Positions 1-9,684 of a DNA stretch of 64,000 nucleotides are shown piece after piece. The notes below the pieces were generated by a model. The model had not been told where the DNA came from, made no database searches, and worked only from the letters and a program-made list of their open reading frames with translations. Within the stretch, counting starts at the first letter, position 1. Every line of letters begins with the position of its first letter. The stretch is from a virus: IMG/VR virus record IMGVR_UViG_3300042905_004067; one strand, given 5' to 3'. The position numbers were made by a program, and so were the translations under genes.

Positions 1-411
1 ATGCGCGCCAGACTTGCAAAAGATCCATCAAAAAAATCGGGAGATGAGGAAGATCAACAGCAAGGATCAGATGGAGAAGAAACCGCAAATGTATACGGGT
101 TTCAATATCAAAATTTAGCACAAGCACAAGCAGCAGTAGCGGCAGATCCAATGCAAAGACTAGTTCGCGGATATATGTCAGAAGAAAAAGTAAAAGACTC
201 CTCTGCTAATACACTTAAAAAACACAAAAAGAAAATCTATAAAATTTCTTTCACCGAAAAGGGTGTAAGAAAAAGAGGAACAGCAGTTTCCCACAAGGGA
301 GTAATGCGTATCATCAGTGGAAAAGATAACTTTAGAATATTTGATGAAAAAAATAGAGATGTTACCTCTGAATTTTCTGGCAAAAACAAAAAGAAACACA
401 ATAAAAAATAA
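1..411 (+). CDS. Hypothetical Lys-rich phage protein, probably the C-terminal part of a gene starting upstream of the window
   Basis: ORF open from base 1. Composition resembles the neighbouring Lys-rich virion-associated ORFs; no recognisable family motif. Confidence 0.6.
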   Translation: MRARLAKDPSKKSGDEEDQQQGSDGEETANVYGFQYQNLAQAQAAVAADPMQRLVRGYMSEEKVKDSSANTLKKHKKKIYKISFTEKGVRKRGTAVSHKGVMRIISGKDNFRIFDEKNRDVTSEFSGKNKKKHNKK

Positions 412-439
412 TTGATTTTTGTGAAATATTGTTTATAAT
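412..439 (+). promoter_or_regulatory. Sigma70-like (early/middle) promoter
   Basis: TTGATT (412-417), 16-nt spacer, TATAAT (434-439), directly upstream of the exonuclease ORF. Same geometry as the promoters at 23013-23040 and 56607-56634. Confidence 0.55.
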
Positions 440-442
440 GTA

Positions 443-1111
443 ATGTTGCAAAAACAATTTGTACATATTCCACACGAATTCATTCCTCTTGAGTCAGTCG
501 AAGATCAAAATGGTCGAAGATATCTCTGTGAGGGTGAATATTATCCTTCTGTTACAACGGTGACTGGATGGGAAAAAAGAATATTCTTCGCAGAATGGCG
601 AAAAAACAATCAAGCAGAATCAAGACGGGTAACAAAAAGGGGAACAAACCTTCACTCCGTCATAGAAAAATACCTAGAAAACCAAGAACTCAATACGAAA
701 GAGATGTCGGTGGACATACTGGACTTATTCCTCCAGATAAAAACCACTATAGATCGAATTGATAATATTCATGGTTTAGAAGCACCTCTATTCAGTAAAA
801 CTTTAGGGTTGGCTGGTAGAGTAGATTGTGTTGGTGAATTTGATGGAAAACTATCCATCATAGACTTCAAAGGTAGCACAAAACCAAAACGTGAGCAAGA
901 TATTGATAATTACTTTACACAAACAACTGCATATTCTGTTATGTGGCAAGAACGATTTGGTGTTCCCGTAAAGAATATATGCATAATTATATCTTGCGAA
1001 AATGGAGATGTTCAAGTATTTCAACGGAATCCTATAAATTACGTTGTCAAATTAAAGAATGCAATAGATAATTTTAGGAGTTATTCAAATGAGCGTGAAA
1101 ACATTAATTAA
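443..1111 (+). CDS. PD-(D/E)xK (Cas4/RecB-like) exonuclease of T4-like phages
   Basis: Motifs YPSVTTV, RGTNLHSVIE, ExPLFS..LAGRVDC, IIDFK, Q..AY. Confidence 0.85.
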   Translation: MLQKQFVHIPHEFIPLESVEDQNGRRYLCEGEYYPSVTTVTGWEKRIFFAEWRKNNQAESRRVTKRGTNLHSVIEKYLENQELNTKEMSVDILDLFLQIKTTIDRIDNIHGLEAPLFSKTLGLAGRVDCVGEFDGKLSIIDFKGSTKPKREQDIDNYFTQTTAYSVMWQERFGVPVKNICIIISCENGDVQVFQRNPINYVVKLKNAIDNFRSYSNERENIN

Positions 1112-1430
1112 TAAAGTAAATAGTAGAGAATGGGTGAAAGCAAATGGAATGTCTAATTCCCACAAGTATAGAGATGCTTTTATTCAAAAATATGGTGGCG
1201 TGTTTGAGAAAAAAGGAAATGCATGGTTTTGGAATGAAATTCCCCCACAACAAGAAAAAGTTCCAAATAAATTGTGGTTATTCACAAAGAATGACGGCGT
1301 GGTGTTTTTGGTAGATAATTTTGTGGAATTCTGCCGTAATCACGATCTTTCCAAGTCTGCTATGTACGAACTCATGGCTGGTAAGAGAAAAAGCCATAAA
1401 GGTTTCGTCAAAGTAGAAAAACTTAAATAA
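1089..1430 (+). CDS. Small protein with a C-terminal NUMOD1/IENR1-like DNA-binding module
   Basis: C-terminus NFVEFCRNHDLSKSAMYELMAGKRKSHKGF resembles homing-endonuclease DNA-binding tails; no nuclease motif seen. Confidence 0.5.
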   Translation: MSVKTLINKVNSREWVKANGMSNSHKYRDAFIQKYGGVFEKKGNAWFWNEIPPQQEKVPNKLWLFTKNDGVVFLVDNFVEFCRNHDLSKSAMYELMAGKRKSHKGFVKVEKLK

Positions 1431-1461
1431 GTCACCCAAAATACTCTCCGGGTGTACTAAG

Positions 1462-1489
1462 AGCCGAGTAAAGACTCGGCTTTCTTTTT
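1462..1489 (+). terminator. Rho-independent terminator
   Basis: AGCCGAGT-aaag-ACTCGGCT 8-bp stem followed by TTCTTTTT, downstream of the 1089-1430 stop codon. Confidence 0.8.
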
Positions 1490-1528
1490 CTACATATCTT
1501 ATCGGGATTTGTTGAATGGAAAGACTAA

Positions 1529-4500
1529 ATGAATACATTAAATGAAGCAAAACAAGTAGGCTCTGCGTTTTTGGTGACAGGTGCATTTAACCCATACACC
1601 AGAGGACACGAGGAAGTTGCAAAACTTGCAGCGCAACACGCACACGGTGCTGGTTACAGTCATTTTTATCATGGATTGGGAGCATCTGAAAACAGACAAG
1701 ATGCACCTCTTTCTTTTAAACAAAAAGAACAAATAGTTCGTGGTTCCCATGAATATATTAAAAAAGGGATGCCAAAGACAAGAATGACATTCGGGATCGT
1801 TCCCCAACAGTCATCTATTTCTCCATTACATCAAATTGTTCATTTGATCGAAAAGGGTGGCCACAAGCACATTACGGTTGCTTTAGGACCTGATCAAATG
1901 ACAGGAGATAAAAGTCTAAGAGCAGCAATTGAAAAACACATAACAACTCATGGTGGTATTTTAGGATCAAATCAAAAAACTGTTCATAGAGTAAAAGTTG
2001 ATTTTCACTCACTTGCAGAAAAACGAAGTGAAGAGGAATTGTCGTTACCACAATTAAAATCATTAGTAAAAGATGGTAGGATTCCAGTAGAACACGCAAA
2101 GGCTGGAAGACTAAGAAAAGCAATACTTGCTGGTGATACTGAATTGGCTCATGCATTTATGCCAGACTCAATTCATGCGGCAAAAAAACAAAAACATTAT
2201 GCAGATATGATTTCTAAACAATTTAAAGATGTAGTACCGGCAGCAGAAGAAAAAGCAAGACTAGAGAGAAACAAAAAAGCAAGAGAGCGAGCAGCAACAA
2301 AAAGAAAGAAAAAACTAACAGAAATGTTCTCTGTTGCTAAAATTGAAGAATTTATGAATATGCTTGCTGAAGCACAAATAGTTCAAGCAACAATACAAAA
2401 AAGAAAAAATACACTGAATACTGCATTGTATAGACAACATCAAGCAGCAATTGTAAACAGAGAATCACCACGACAAAGAGCAGCAAGAGTAGCAAGAACT
2501 CGTTTTCATGTAAGAACTCGTTTCGCCAGAGAAATTATTGGAGCAAAGCAAAAAGAAGCAGCACTAGGTCTTGATAAACCGCCAAGAAGAGTTGGTACTG
2601 TCAAACAACCAAAAAGAGGAACTATGTTAGAGAACATTTTATTTGAAGCAAAAAGAAAAGCAATCGACTCTCCTTCTAGGACTCTTTCAAAAACAAGAGC
2701 AGAATCTAGACCTGCAAGAAATAAAACAGAAAAAGATAAACATCGAAAAAGAGAAGAACGACGACATGCAAAAAGAAAACCAAATTTTGCTGTAGTTATT
2801 GGTGCTGATAAAAAAATAAGAATCGTAAAGAAAGAAGACATTGGCAAGTCAAAAGTTGTTGTATCTCCCGAAAAGTTTAGTAGAGGTCAGGCAAAAAAGT
2901 ATCTTCAAGATCCTAAATTTGAAATAACTGATTCTTCAAAGAAACTATTCCCAGAGTTCTCAAGAGCAAAACCAAAGGGAAAGACAAAATCTGCAAAAAA
3001 GAATGAGAAAAGTAAAACAAAGAAAAAGACTCAACAAAAGTCTACATTAACAAAAAAACCACCAAAAGAAGTTCTTCAAAAGCAATTTCCTCTTCCAAAA
3101 GTACCACCAAGAGGGAAAAAAGTAACATCACCAAAGTCACAATATGACGATTGGGATCATAGTGCTACTGAGTTAGAGGAAGCAATTCCTTTTATGTTAA
3201 ATCAGATGTTAAAAGCAAAAACTGATACTGATGTAAAAGGTATAACCGAAAAAATAGGAAAAAGTCAAACGTTGGCTGCTGCTGCACAACGAGCAGTCGA
3301 TCAAATAATAAAACAAGTTGGTCCTGTTGTTGCGATACACATGGGTAAAAACAACGGAAAACTAACCAAGCAATGGTTGAGTGCTGGTGGTGTAAACGCC
3401 ACATCAAAATCTGATGTCGTTCTTGTTCCTGCCGATGTATGGAAAGCCTCCGGAGGTAAACTAGAAAATATTGATCCTAAAAAATGCATAAGAGCAAGCA
3501 TGAAGTGTGGTGCAGCCAGAATATTGAATGGAGAGTCTGGAGAAGCAATTGCCACAGTAGAGGCTGCTAATCGTTATGCTGGAAACATAGTAGCAAAAAG
3601 TCCAAAAGTTGCAAAACTATTTAAACAAGCAAAGGATATGATTTCTCAGTTTGCAAAATCAGCCGAATTGGGCGAATACGAAATTGGAGAAATTAAAAAA
3701 ATAGCAGCATCAGGTGAACTACCAAAAGATAAAGAATTTGCAAAATATAGAGCAATTGTTGAATCACAAGAAAAATTGGCAAGTCAAGTTGCTGCAAAAC
3801 TTCAAGAAATATTCGACGCCAGTGAAGAATTTAAAATGGGTCTAATATTAGAATCTTTCACAGGAAATGAAAAATTTGGAAGCGACACTCTACAGGCAGC
3901 AAACTACGTTCTAGGTGTAAACGCAGACGGAACTGGTGTAAAACTAGAGGCTATTTCTGAAAAAATGATTCAAAGAATTGTTCCAGATTTACAATTTAGA
4001 GGTGCTTTTAAAGGAAGATCTAGAAAAAGCGGAGGAAAGAAAATTAGAACTCTTTCCACCCTCTATAACATTGATTATAAACCATCACGACTAACCGAAC
4101 AGAGTGAACCTTTTTTGCAAACAAATTTTGCAAACAATGCAGCAATTGTAGAACAAGATTTACGAATGATTGGTGATGATGTTATGATGTTTATGGAATA
4201 CTGCGACTTAGAACCGGCAATGATTACATCAAATGAATTAGATGTAACTGATTACATGGAAGGTTCTGCGAGAAACTATAATATCATTACCATAGATGGA
4301 AAACAACAGGTAGCAATACCAGTTCAGGACTTCCAACAGTTTGAGGAATTACCACAACAACTTTCCGAAACATATGACTTTATTAATGATTTTATTGTAG
4401 AAAATTTAGAAAATAAAGAAGCACTTACTTTGATTTTGACCTCCGGTCTAGTCTCACCGGAAACAATAACAAAATCAATAGAAAAAATAGATGCTGGTTC

Positions 4501-4918
4501 TATATTAAATGAAATGTGGGAGACTAGTTTAATTAAACCAGAACTGTATGAATCGTTTGTTATAGAAGCAAGAAACTACAAAAAAGAATACAAAAATTAT
4601 CATGGTAAACCTGAACAAAGAGCAAATAGATCTAAACGGGTTTTGGCTCGCAGAAAAATGATGAAAAAAGGAAAAGTGAAGAAAGGTGATGGAAAAGATG
4701 TTCACCACGAAGATGGAAATCCACAAAACAATGGAGATTCCAATCTTAGAGTTCTTTCAAAAAGTAAAAACAGATCAATGAATGAAGAACATGGAGCCGG
4801 CGAAGAAGGAACCGACGAATTAAGAAAGAAATTTCTTTCAGTTACACCATATTCAGTAGATCCAATTAAAAAAATAATAAAGGGAGTAGTTAAACATGGC
4901 ATCAAGCACAACAAGTAA
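1529..4918 (+). CDS. 1129-aa multidomain virion-associated protein: N-terminal cytidylyltransferase-like (HIGH) domain, basic linkers, central PD-(D/E)xK-like domain, C-terminal HNH-like domain
   Basis: GAFNPYTRGH (T/HxGH nucleotidyltransferase motif); TSKSDV...RASMK; KDVHHEDGNPQNNGDSNLRVLSKSKNRS (HNH). Many (L/I/M)xE sites lie at domain junctions. Confidence 0.7.
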   Translation: MNTLNEAKQVGSAFLVTGAFNPYTRGHEEVAKLAAQHAHGAGYSHFYHGLGASENRQDAPLSFKQKEQIVRGSHEYIKKGMPKTRMTFGIVPQQSSISPLHQIVHLIEKGGHKHITVALGPDQMTGDKSLRAAIEKHITTHGGILGSNQKTVHRVKVDFHSLAEKRSEEELSLPQLKSLVKDGRIPVEHAKAGRLRKAILAGDTELAHAFMPDSIHAAKKQKHYADMISKQFKDVVPAAEEKARLERNKKARERAATKRKKKLTEMFSVAKIEEFMNMLAEAQIVQATIQKRKNTLNTALYRQHQAAIVNRESPRQRAARVARTRFHVRTRFAREIIGAKQKEAALGLDKPPRRVGTVKQPKRGTMLENILFEAKRKAIDSPSRTLSKTRAESRPARNKTEKDKHRKREERRHAKRKPNFAVVIGADKKIRIVKKEDIGKSKVVVSPEKFSRGQAKKYLQDPKFEITDSSKKLFPEFSRAKPKGKTKSAKKNEKSKTKKKTQQKSTLTKKPPKEVLQKQFPLPKVPPRGKKVTSPKSQYDDWDHSATELEEAIPFMLNQMLKAKTDTDVKGITEKIGKSQTLAAAAQRAVDQIIKQVGPVVAIHMGKNNGKLTKQWLSAGGVNATSKSDVVLVPADVWKASGGKLENIDPKKCIRASMKCGAARILNGESGEAIATVEAANRYAGNIVAKSPKVAKLFKQAKDMISQFAKSAELGEYEIGEIKKIAASGELPKDKEFAKYRAIVESQEKLASQVAAKLQEIFDASEEFKMGLILESFTGNEKFGSDTLQAANYVLGVNADGTGVKLEAISEKMIQRIVPDLQFRGAFKGRSRKSGGKKIRTLSTLYNIDYKPSRLTEQSEPFLQTNFANNAAIVEQDLRMIGDDVMMFMEYCDLEPAMITSNELDVTDYMEGSARNYNIITIDGKQQVAIPVQDFQQFEELPQQLSETYDFINDFIVENLENKEALTLILTSGLVSPETITKSIEKIDAGSILNEMWETSLIKPELYESFVIEARNYKKEYKNYHGKPEQRANRSKRVLARRKMMKKGKVKKGDGKDVHHEDGNPQNNGDSNLRVLSKSKNRSMNEEHGAGEEGTDELRKKFLSVTPYSVDPIKKIIKGVVKHGIKHNK

Positions 4919-5525
4919 TTTATTTTCATGGTTTGAAGCAACAGGAATTGTAACTGCTGTTGTGTTTGGTGCTATAGTGAGTTTTATTAAATTGTTTGGT
5001 AAAAAGAAAGACTCCGAGCAAGAAAATAAAAGTTTTATAGATGTTCATACTCAAATTCACGAAACTTTAACCGAATTAAGAGTAAAAACAAATGGTGCTC
5101 GGGCACAAGTTATACAATTTCATAATGGGGAATATTTTATGGACGGAGTTTCCATGCGTAAATTTTCCGTAACACATGAATCTGTTGAGGTAGGACTTAC
5201 AACTGATTCTGAACGAATAAAAGGATTGTTGTGTTCAATGTTTTTGCCATTATTAAATTTGGTTTTAGAAAATAATGCAAAAATTATTTCAATATACGAC
5301 ATACCATATTCGTTCTGTCGTCAATTTTTTGAAGAAAATAACGTAACAGGTTTTTCAGTTTTACCACTTAAAGTAAAAAATCAAATCACTGGTTTTATAT
5401 TGCTTCAATGGTGTAGTGACTCACATTTAGACAAAGCAGAACCGACTCTTGTTAAATATGAAATGGAACAAGCAAAAAGTTCCATAGAAGTTCAATTGGC
5501 TTCTCAGAAAAAAGGTAGTATATGA
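4896..5525 (+). CDS. Single-TM membrane protein with a GAF-like soluble domain (T4 holin T-like architecture)
   Basis: N-terminal TM (ATGIVTAVVFGAIVSFIKLF), then ARAQVIQFHNG...S.THE and FSVLPLK...ITGFILLQW, typical of GAF folds. Confidence 0.55.
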   Translation: MASSTTSNLFSWFEATGIVTAVVFGAIVSFIKLFGKKKDSEQENKSFIDVHTQIHETLTELRVKTNGARAQVIQFHNGEYFMDGVSMRKFSVTHESVEVGLTTDSERIKGLLCSMFLPLLNLVLENNAKIISIYDIPYSFCRQFFEENNVTGFSVLPLKVKNQITGFILLQWCSDSHLDKAEPTLVKYEMEQAKSSIEVQLASQKKGSI

Positions 5526-6595
5526 TTAACGAAGATTTAAGAAGATGGTTTAGAGAAAAATGGGTTGATATTTCCCGTAAAACCAAAAGTGGAAAACATC
5601 CTCCATGTGGTAGAGAAAAAGCAACTGACTCTAAATATCCAAAGTGCAGACCATCTGTTCGAGTGTCCTCTAAAACACCAGAAACATCAGGTGAGATGTC
5701 AAAGGAAGAAAAAAAAGGTGCTGTGAGACAAAAAAGATCAGCAGAATCAAAAGTTAGTACAACGCAACAAGGAAGAAAACCTGTCATGACTTCACACAAA
5801 AACATAAAAGAATCATTCATTAAACAAATAACAGATTTTGTAAAAAGTAAAAACACAAAATTAATTGAAGAAAACTTTCAATATTCTTTTGATAAAATTA
5901 TATTAAATAATCTTGATTCCTCCTTTTTAAACAAAACTGTAATGATTCAATTTTTAGATGAAAATAATGAATTTAAAACTAAAAAAGGATTTTTAAAAAT
6001 AGCATCAAATGAAATTATCAAAGAAGGAAAAGAATTTGAACTTTTAACAAATACAGAAACTGTTGGAGTTTCATACGATGATATTCTTTCAATAAAAACA
6101 ATAAACAATGGTGATATAGTTGAATATAGTGTGTTAAACGAAGGAAAAAACAAACCAACAAATCCAAAACTTTGGGCAAAAGCAAAAGCATTAGCAAAAA
6201 GAAAATTTAAAGTTTATCCAAGCGCATACGCAAATGGATGGGCATCAAAATGGTATAAAAAACATGGTGGTGGATGGAAATCAGTAAATGAAGAAATAGA
6301 AAACAAAAACGAACCACTAACAGAGGAGTTAAAAAAAAGAGCATCAGTTTTATTTGATAAATTATTTCAAGTAAATGAAGAAATTGTAAATGCAAAACAC
6401 GCAGGAACAATGACAAAGAAAGAAATAAAGAGTAGAGATAAAATTGCAAAAAGAGTAAAAGCAAAACCAATAAAGGGAAAAGACACAGAAGAAAATGCCA
6501 AATATAGATTGGCAACCTATATTGAACTTAGAAAACGCGGACAAGAACCAAAAGGTAAAAAGAAAACAGTAAAAAAGAAAAAAGGCAAAAAATGA
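5522..6595 (+). CDS. Basic multidomain virion-associated protein (DUF5872-like modules)
   Basis: Modules EDLRRWFREKWVD...PCGR...YPKCRP and NKPTNPKLWAKAK...YPSAYANGWASKWYKKHGGGW, separated by xxE sites. Confidence 0.6.
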   Translation: MINEDLRRWFREKWVDISRKTKSGKHPPCGREKATDSKYPKCRPSVRVSSKTPETSGEMSKEEKKGAVRQKRSAESKVSTTQQGRKPVMTSHKNIKESFIKQITDFVKSKNTKLIEENFQYSFDKIILNNLDSSFLNKTVMIQFLDENNEFKTKKGFLKIASNEIIKEGKEFELLTNTETVGVSYDDILSIKTINNGDIVEYSVLNEGKNKPTNPKLWAKAKALAKRKFKVYPSAYANGWASKWYKKHGGGWKSVNEEIENKNEPLTEELKKRASVLFDKLFQVNEEIVNAKHAGTMTKKEIKSRDKIAKRVKAKPIKGKDTEENAKYRLATYIELRKRGQEPKGKKKTVKKKKGKK

Positions 6596-7149
6596 AGTCG
6601 TTTATTTGGTTTTTAAATGAAGAGAGAAAAGTTAGAGTTTTTGATTTTGATGACACGCTAGTAAAAAAAACTAAATCAAAGGTTATTGTTAGACATAAAA
6701 AAACAGGAGAAACAAGAGAATTAAGTTCTGGTGAATTTGCCAGTTTTAAACCCGAAGACGATCACGAACTTGATTTCTCTGGATTTGCCCATGTTGGAGA
6801 TGCAGAACCATTAAACCCTGCTGATAAAATAGCAAGAAGAACTTCTAGAAAGAAAAAAGAAGTAGTAATTTTAACAGCAAGACCACCGGAAGCAGAGACA
6901 AATATTAGAAAATACTTGAAAAAAAGAGGCATAAAGGGGAAAAAACTGACTGTTTTGGCTGTTGGTTCCTCTGATCCAAATGCAAAAAGAACTGCTCTCA
7001 AGTCTTATATTGAAAGAAAATCAAAAAAACCAGTATCCCATGTTGAATTCATGGATGATCACCAAGCAAATGTAGAAGCAGTTGGATCTCTAAAGAAAGA
7101 AATGCCACATATCAAATTCAGGCTCAGAGTTGTAAAACCACATAAATAA
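6592..7149 (+). CDS. HAD-superfamily phosphatase (PNKP / RNA-repair-like) with a capsid-targeting-like N-terminus
   Basis: DFDDT motif I, LTAR motif II, FMDDH motif IV. The N-terminus MKSFIWFLNEE resembles the T4 internal-protein targeting peptide. Confidence 0.75.
   Translation: MKSFIWFLNEERKVRVFDFDDTLVKKTKSKVIVRHKKTGETRELSSGEFASFKPEDDHELDFSGFAHVGDAEPLNPADKIARRTSRKKKEVVILTARPPEAETNIRKYLKKRGIKGKKLTVLAVGSSDPNAKRTALKSYIERKSKKPVSHVEFMDDHQANVEAVGSLKKEMPHIKFRLRVVKPHK
7142..7148 (+). promoter_or_regulatory. T4-type late promoter (ATAAATA)
   Basis: ATAAATA 16 nt upstream of ATG 7165, with an AGAGGA SD in between; gp55 is encoded in the window. Confidence 0.55.
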
Positions 7150-7164
7150 ACAAAAGAGGACTCT

Positions 7165-7659
7165 ATGAAACGATTTAAAGAACTACGATCCGAAATGTTA
7201 GACATTAACGAAGAACAAACCTCCGAGGGAGGCGGAATGGGATTTGATCCTGTTCTAAAGTCTAAGGGCAGATCAGCAAACGACGAGGTAAAACCCGTCA
7301 ATTATGACGATCCACATGATATGCACAAGATGAATGCGTTTATTACAGCATTCTGCTCTAAATCATATGTTGATCCTCGATCTGCCATTTATGTTCTTCG
7401 TGCAAAGATGAACTTGGCTGGTGTTGATTTTGATTTCAACCGTGCAACTGCCTTAGAACCAGAGACTGAATATAGATTCCCACTCAAGAGATTTGGTGGT
7501 ACATTCGGTACATCTCCAACCCATGATTTATCAAAAGGATTTGAGACAACTAACGGTTTCGACGGAAGAAACTATGTTTTAAAAATGAAGATTGCAAAAC
7601 CGGAGGGTGGAGATAAAGCCGGTCTTTATATGATTAATGCAATAATCGAAGAAGCCTGA
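7165..7659 (+). CDS. Hypothetical virion-associated protein
   Basis: SD AGAGGA; N-terminus MKRFKELRSEMLDINEE is targeting-peptide-like. Confidence 0.65.
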   Translation: MKRFKELRSEMLDINEEQTSEGGGMGFDPVLKSKGRSANDEVKPVNYDDPHDMHKMNAFITAFCSKSYVDPRSAIYVLRAKMNLAGVDFDFNRATALEPETEYRFPLKRFGGTFGTSPTHDLSKGFETTNGFDGRNYVLKMKIAKPEGGDKAGLYMINAIIEEA

Positions 7660-7666
7660 ATACAAA

Positions 7667-8047
7667 ATGAAGTTTGAGTTTCTTAATGATGAAAATTTTA
7701 TGATTTATGCCATGCAGGCGTATGACAATCCGTTCTGCAAAGGTATAAACGAATTTAATGATGATTTAATGAAAATAAAATACATTAAGAGACTATTAAA
7801 CAGATTTGATAAAACAAAAGATTTAAAAGAAAGACTGATCTTAAATCATATTATATTACTAAACAATGTTTTTGGAAACGAAGCCTGTTGTAGAATACTA
7901 TTTTTTAAGATCTGTCCAAAATTTCATCCGTACTTGAAGGCTTTTTTAGAATATTTACAGATACTTCCAAAAAGAATACCTGAGATTGATTTAACAAAAA
8001 TACCAAGTGATCATAGAATAACATTAATTCTTCAAAAACTAAAATGA
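7667..8047 (+). CDS. Conserved hypothetical protein of T4-like phages
   Basis: Pattern NFMIYAMQAYDNP...EF.DDL..IKYIKRL...LKERLILNHII.L.NVFG, recognised from T4-like phage hypothetical proteins. Confidence 0.7.
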   Translation: MKFEFLNDENFMIYAMQAYDNPFCKGINEFNDDLMKIKYIKRLLNRFDKTKDLKERLILNHIILLNNVFGNEACCRILFFKICPKFHPYLKAFLEYLQILPKRIPEIDLTKIPSDHRITLILQKLK

Positions 8048-9663
8048 GTCTATCTTATTCACAAATCGTAACAAGTTTCACTATTTGGGATTTTCTTTCT
8101 GAATTGACAAAATCGTTCACTCAAATGGACATTTACAAAGCAGGAATAATTGACAGTCAAGGTAGATTTTTAAAACAACCACAAGAGTACAAAACAGAAA
8201 ATGAAAGAAGAGCAGGAAATTCTTTTTATCGTCTTATTGTTGTTTTAAAACGGGCATTACTCACAAGTTCAGATCCAAAAATTCGTTTTTCAATGAACAA
8301 TCCAATGGCAGCATTGGGTGCTTTATCTGAAGAAGTAGAAAGTTTAGGGGGAGATGGTCAAGCATTTATCGATTCGGTTTATCCGCTCATTGAAGAAATG
8401 TCTGTTGGTGCAGGAGGAATTGTTGGCGTTGGTGTGCCAGCTGACAAACCAGAAGATGTTGTAGTCACCCCATCTGCTGCTGCAAAGCACAAAAAGAGAG
8501 CAAAAAAACAAGCAGTTGGAAGAAAAATATTTGAACAACTGATGTTAGAAGCAAAACGTGTCGTAGAAACTACAGGACATATGACACATCTTGGTGATTT
8601 TTTGTATCATGGTAGTCCAGAAACAGCAATACAACACTTAGAATCTACACATGGTAGATTTAGAGGAAAAACAACTCCTAATCATTCAATGTCCTTAAAG
8701 GCAGACGGTGGCATGAGCGTTGTTTTAAAGAGACATGCTTCAGGTGAACCAGCAGTAGCGTATAAATCGGGTGCTGAAGAATTTAAAACAGAAGATCAAA
8801 TAAGAGCAAGTGGAAAGGAACACTTTGTTCGGGAATTAATTCCAGCATTACATTTGGCAAGAAAAATAAATTTAAAACCGGGAACAGCGGTACAAGGAGA
8901 TCTTCTTTTTTCCTCAAAACACAGTGGTACTGTTCAACCAAATACAATAACATATCAAGCACCACACGGTGCTGAAATTGGTTTTGCTGCACACTCTGCA
9001 TACAAAACTGATGGTTTAAATTTAAGAAAAACATCAAGTCAACCAGAACAACTTTCGGCGGAAGGTGCTTTTATACCGCATTTGGCAATAACACCAAAAA
9101 CAAAACTTTCTCTTTCTTCAGAGAGACATAAAAAAATAACAGCAGCAATTACCTCTGCAAAGAAAATACTTGCAGATAAAAAGGTAAATTCATTTCTTCG
9201 TGGTTTACCATCAAACAAAAAATTTCACAGAATGCTTCAAGAATACTCAAATCATGCTGCAAGAACAACAGGACATAGAACTGTTGAAGGATTGCAAAAA
9301 TTTATTGATGTTCATATGGCAAAAGCATCTCAAAGAAATCTATCAGAAAAAACAAAAAAATCTATGGTAGATTCCTTTCATGGGACAATAAACACCAACA
9401 AAAGAGAACTCGCAGCAGCATTTACAGCACACTCTCACATCAATGATGCAAAACATCATTTGTTGGATCAGTTTAAAGAACACCATGATCAGTTTGAACT
9501 AAAAACACATGGAGGCGAGGAACATGAAGGATTTGTTTCTGCTCTTGGTAAACCCGGAGTATCAGAAACACAAGCCAAATTTGTTCGTGAGGGTGAAGGT
9601 GGGTTCCCCGCAAAGAACACAGAAAATGCCATTAGACGATTTGGCAAACCAGCAGACGCATAA
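8044..9663 (+). CDS. Fusion protein: conserved N-terminal phage domain plus a DUF6267-like ATP-dependent ligase/nucleotidyltransferase-fold domain
   Basis: N-terminal YKAGIIDSQGRFLK. After LMLE: HMTHLGD, SLKADGG (KxDG motif I), VQGDLLF, HEGFV (motif IV-like), AKFV (motif V-like). Confidence 0.6.
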   Translation: MSLSYSQIVTSFTIWDFLSELTKSFTQMDIYKAGIIDSQGRFLKQPQEYKTENERRAGNSFYRLIVVLKRALLTSSDPKIRFSMNNPMAALGALSEEVESLGGDGQAFIDSVYPLIEEMSVGAGGIVGVGVPADKPEDVVVTPSAAAKHKKRAKKQAVGRKIFEQLMLEAKRVVETTGHMTHLGDFLYHGSPETAIQHLESTHGRFRGKTTPNHSMSLKADGGMSVVLKRHASGEPAVAYKSGAEEFKTEDQIRASGKEHFVRELIPALHLARKINLKPGTAVQGDLLFSSKHSGTVQPNTITYQAPHGAEIGFAAHSAYKTDGLNLRKTSSQPEQLSAEGAFIPHLAITPKTKLSLSSERHKKITAAITSAKKILADKKVNSFLRGLPSNKKFHRMLQEYSNHAARTTGHRTVEGLQKFIDVHMAKASQRNLSEKTKKSMVDSFHGTINTNKRELAAAFTAHSHINDAKHHLLDQFKEHHDQFELKTHGGEEHEGFVSALGKPGVSETQAKFVREGEGGFPAKNTENAIRRFGKPADA

Positions 9664-9666
9664 ATA
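9660..9666 (+). promoter_or_regulatory. T4-type late promoter (ATAAATA)
   Basis: ATAAATA followed by a GGAGG SD and ATG 9685. Confidence 0.55.
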
Positions 9667-9684
9667 CAGTAACGGAGGTACAGT

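Noticed and set aside
443-1111. CRISPR-associated Cas4
   Set aside because: No cas genes or array nearby and no full Fe-S cysteine set; it fits the stand-alone phage exonuclease.
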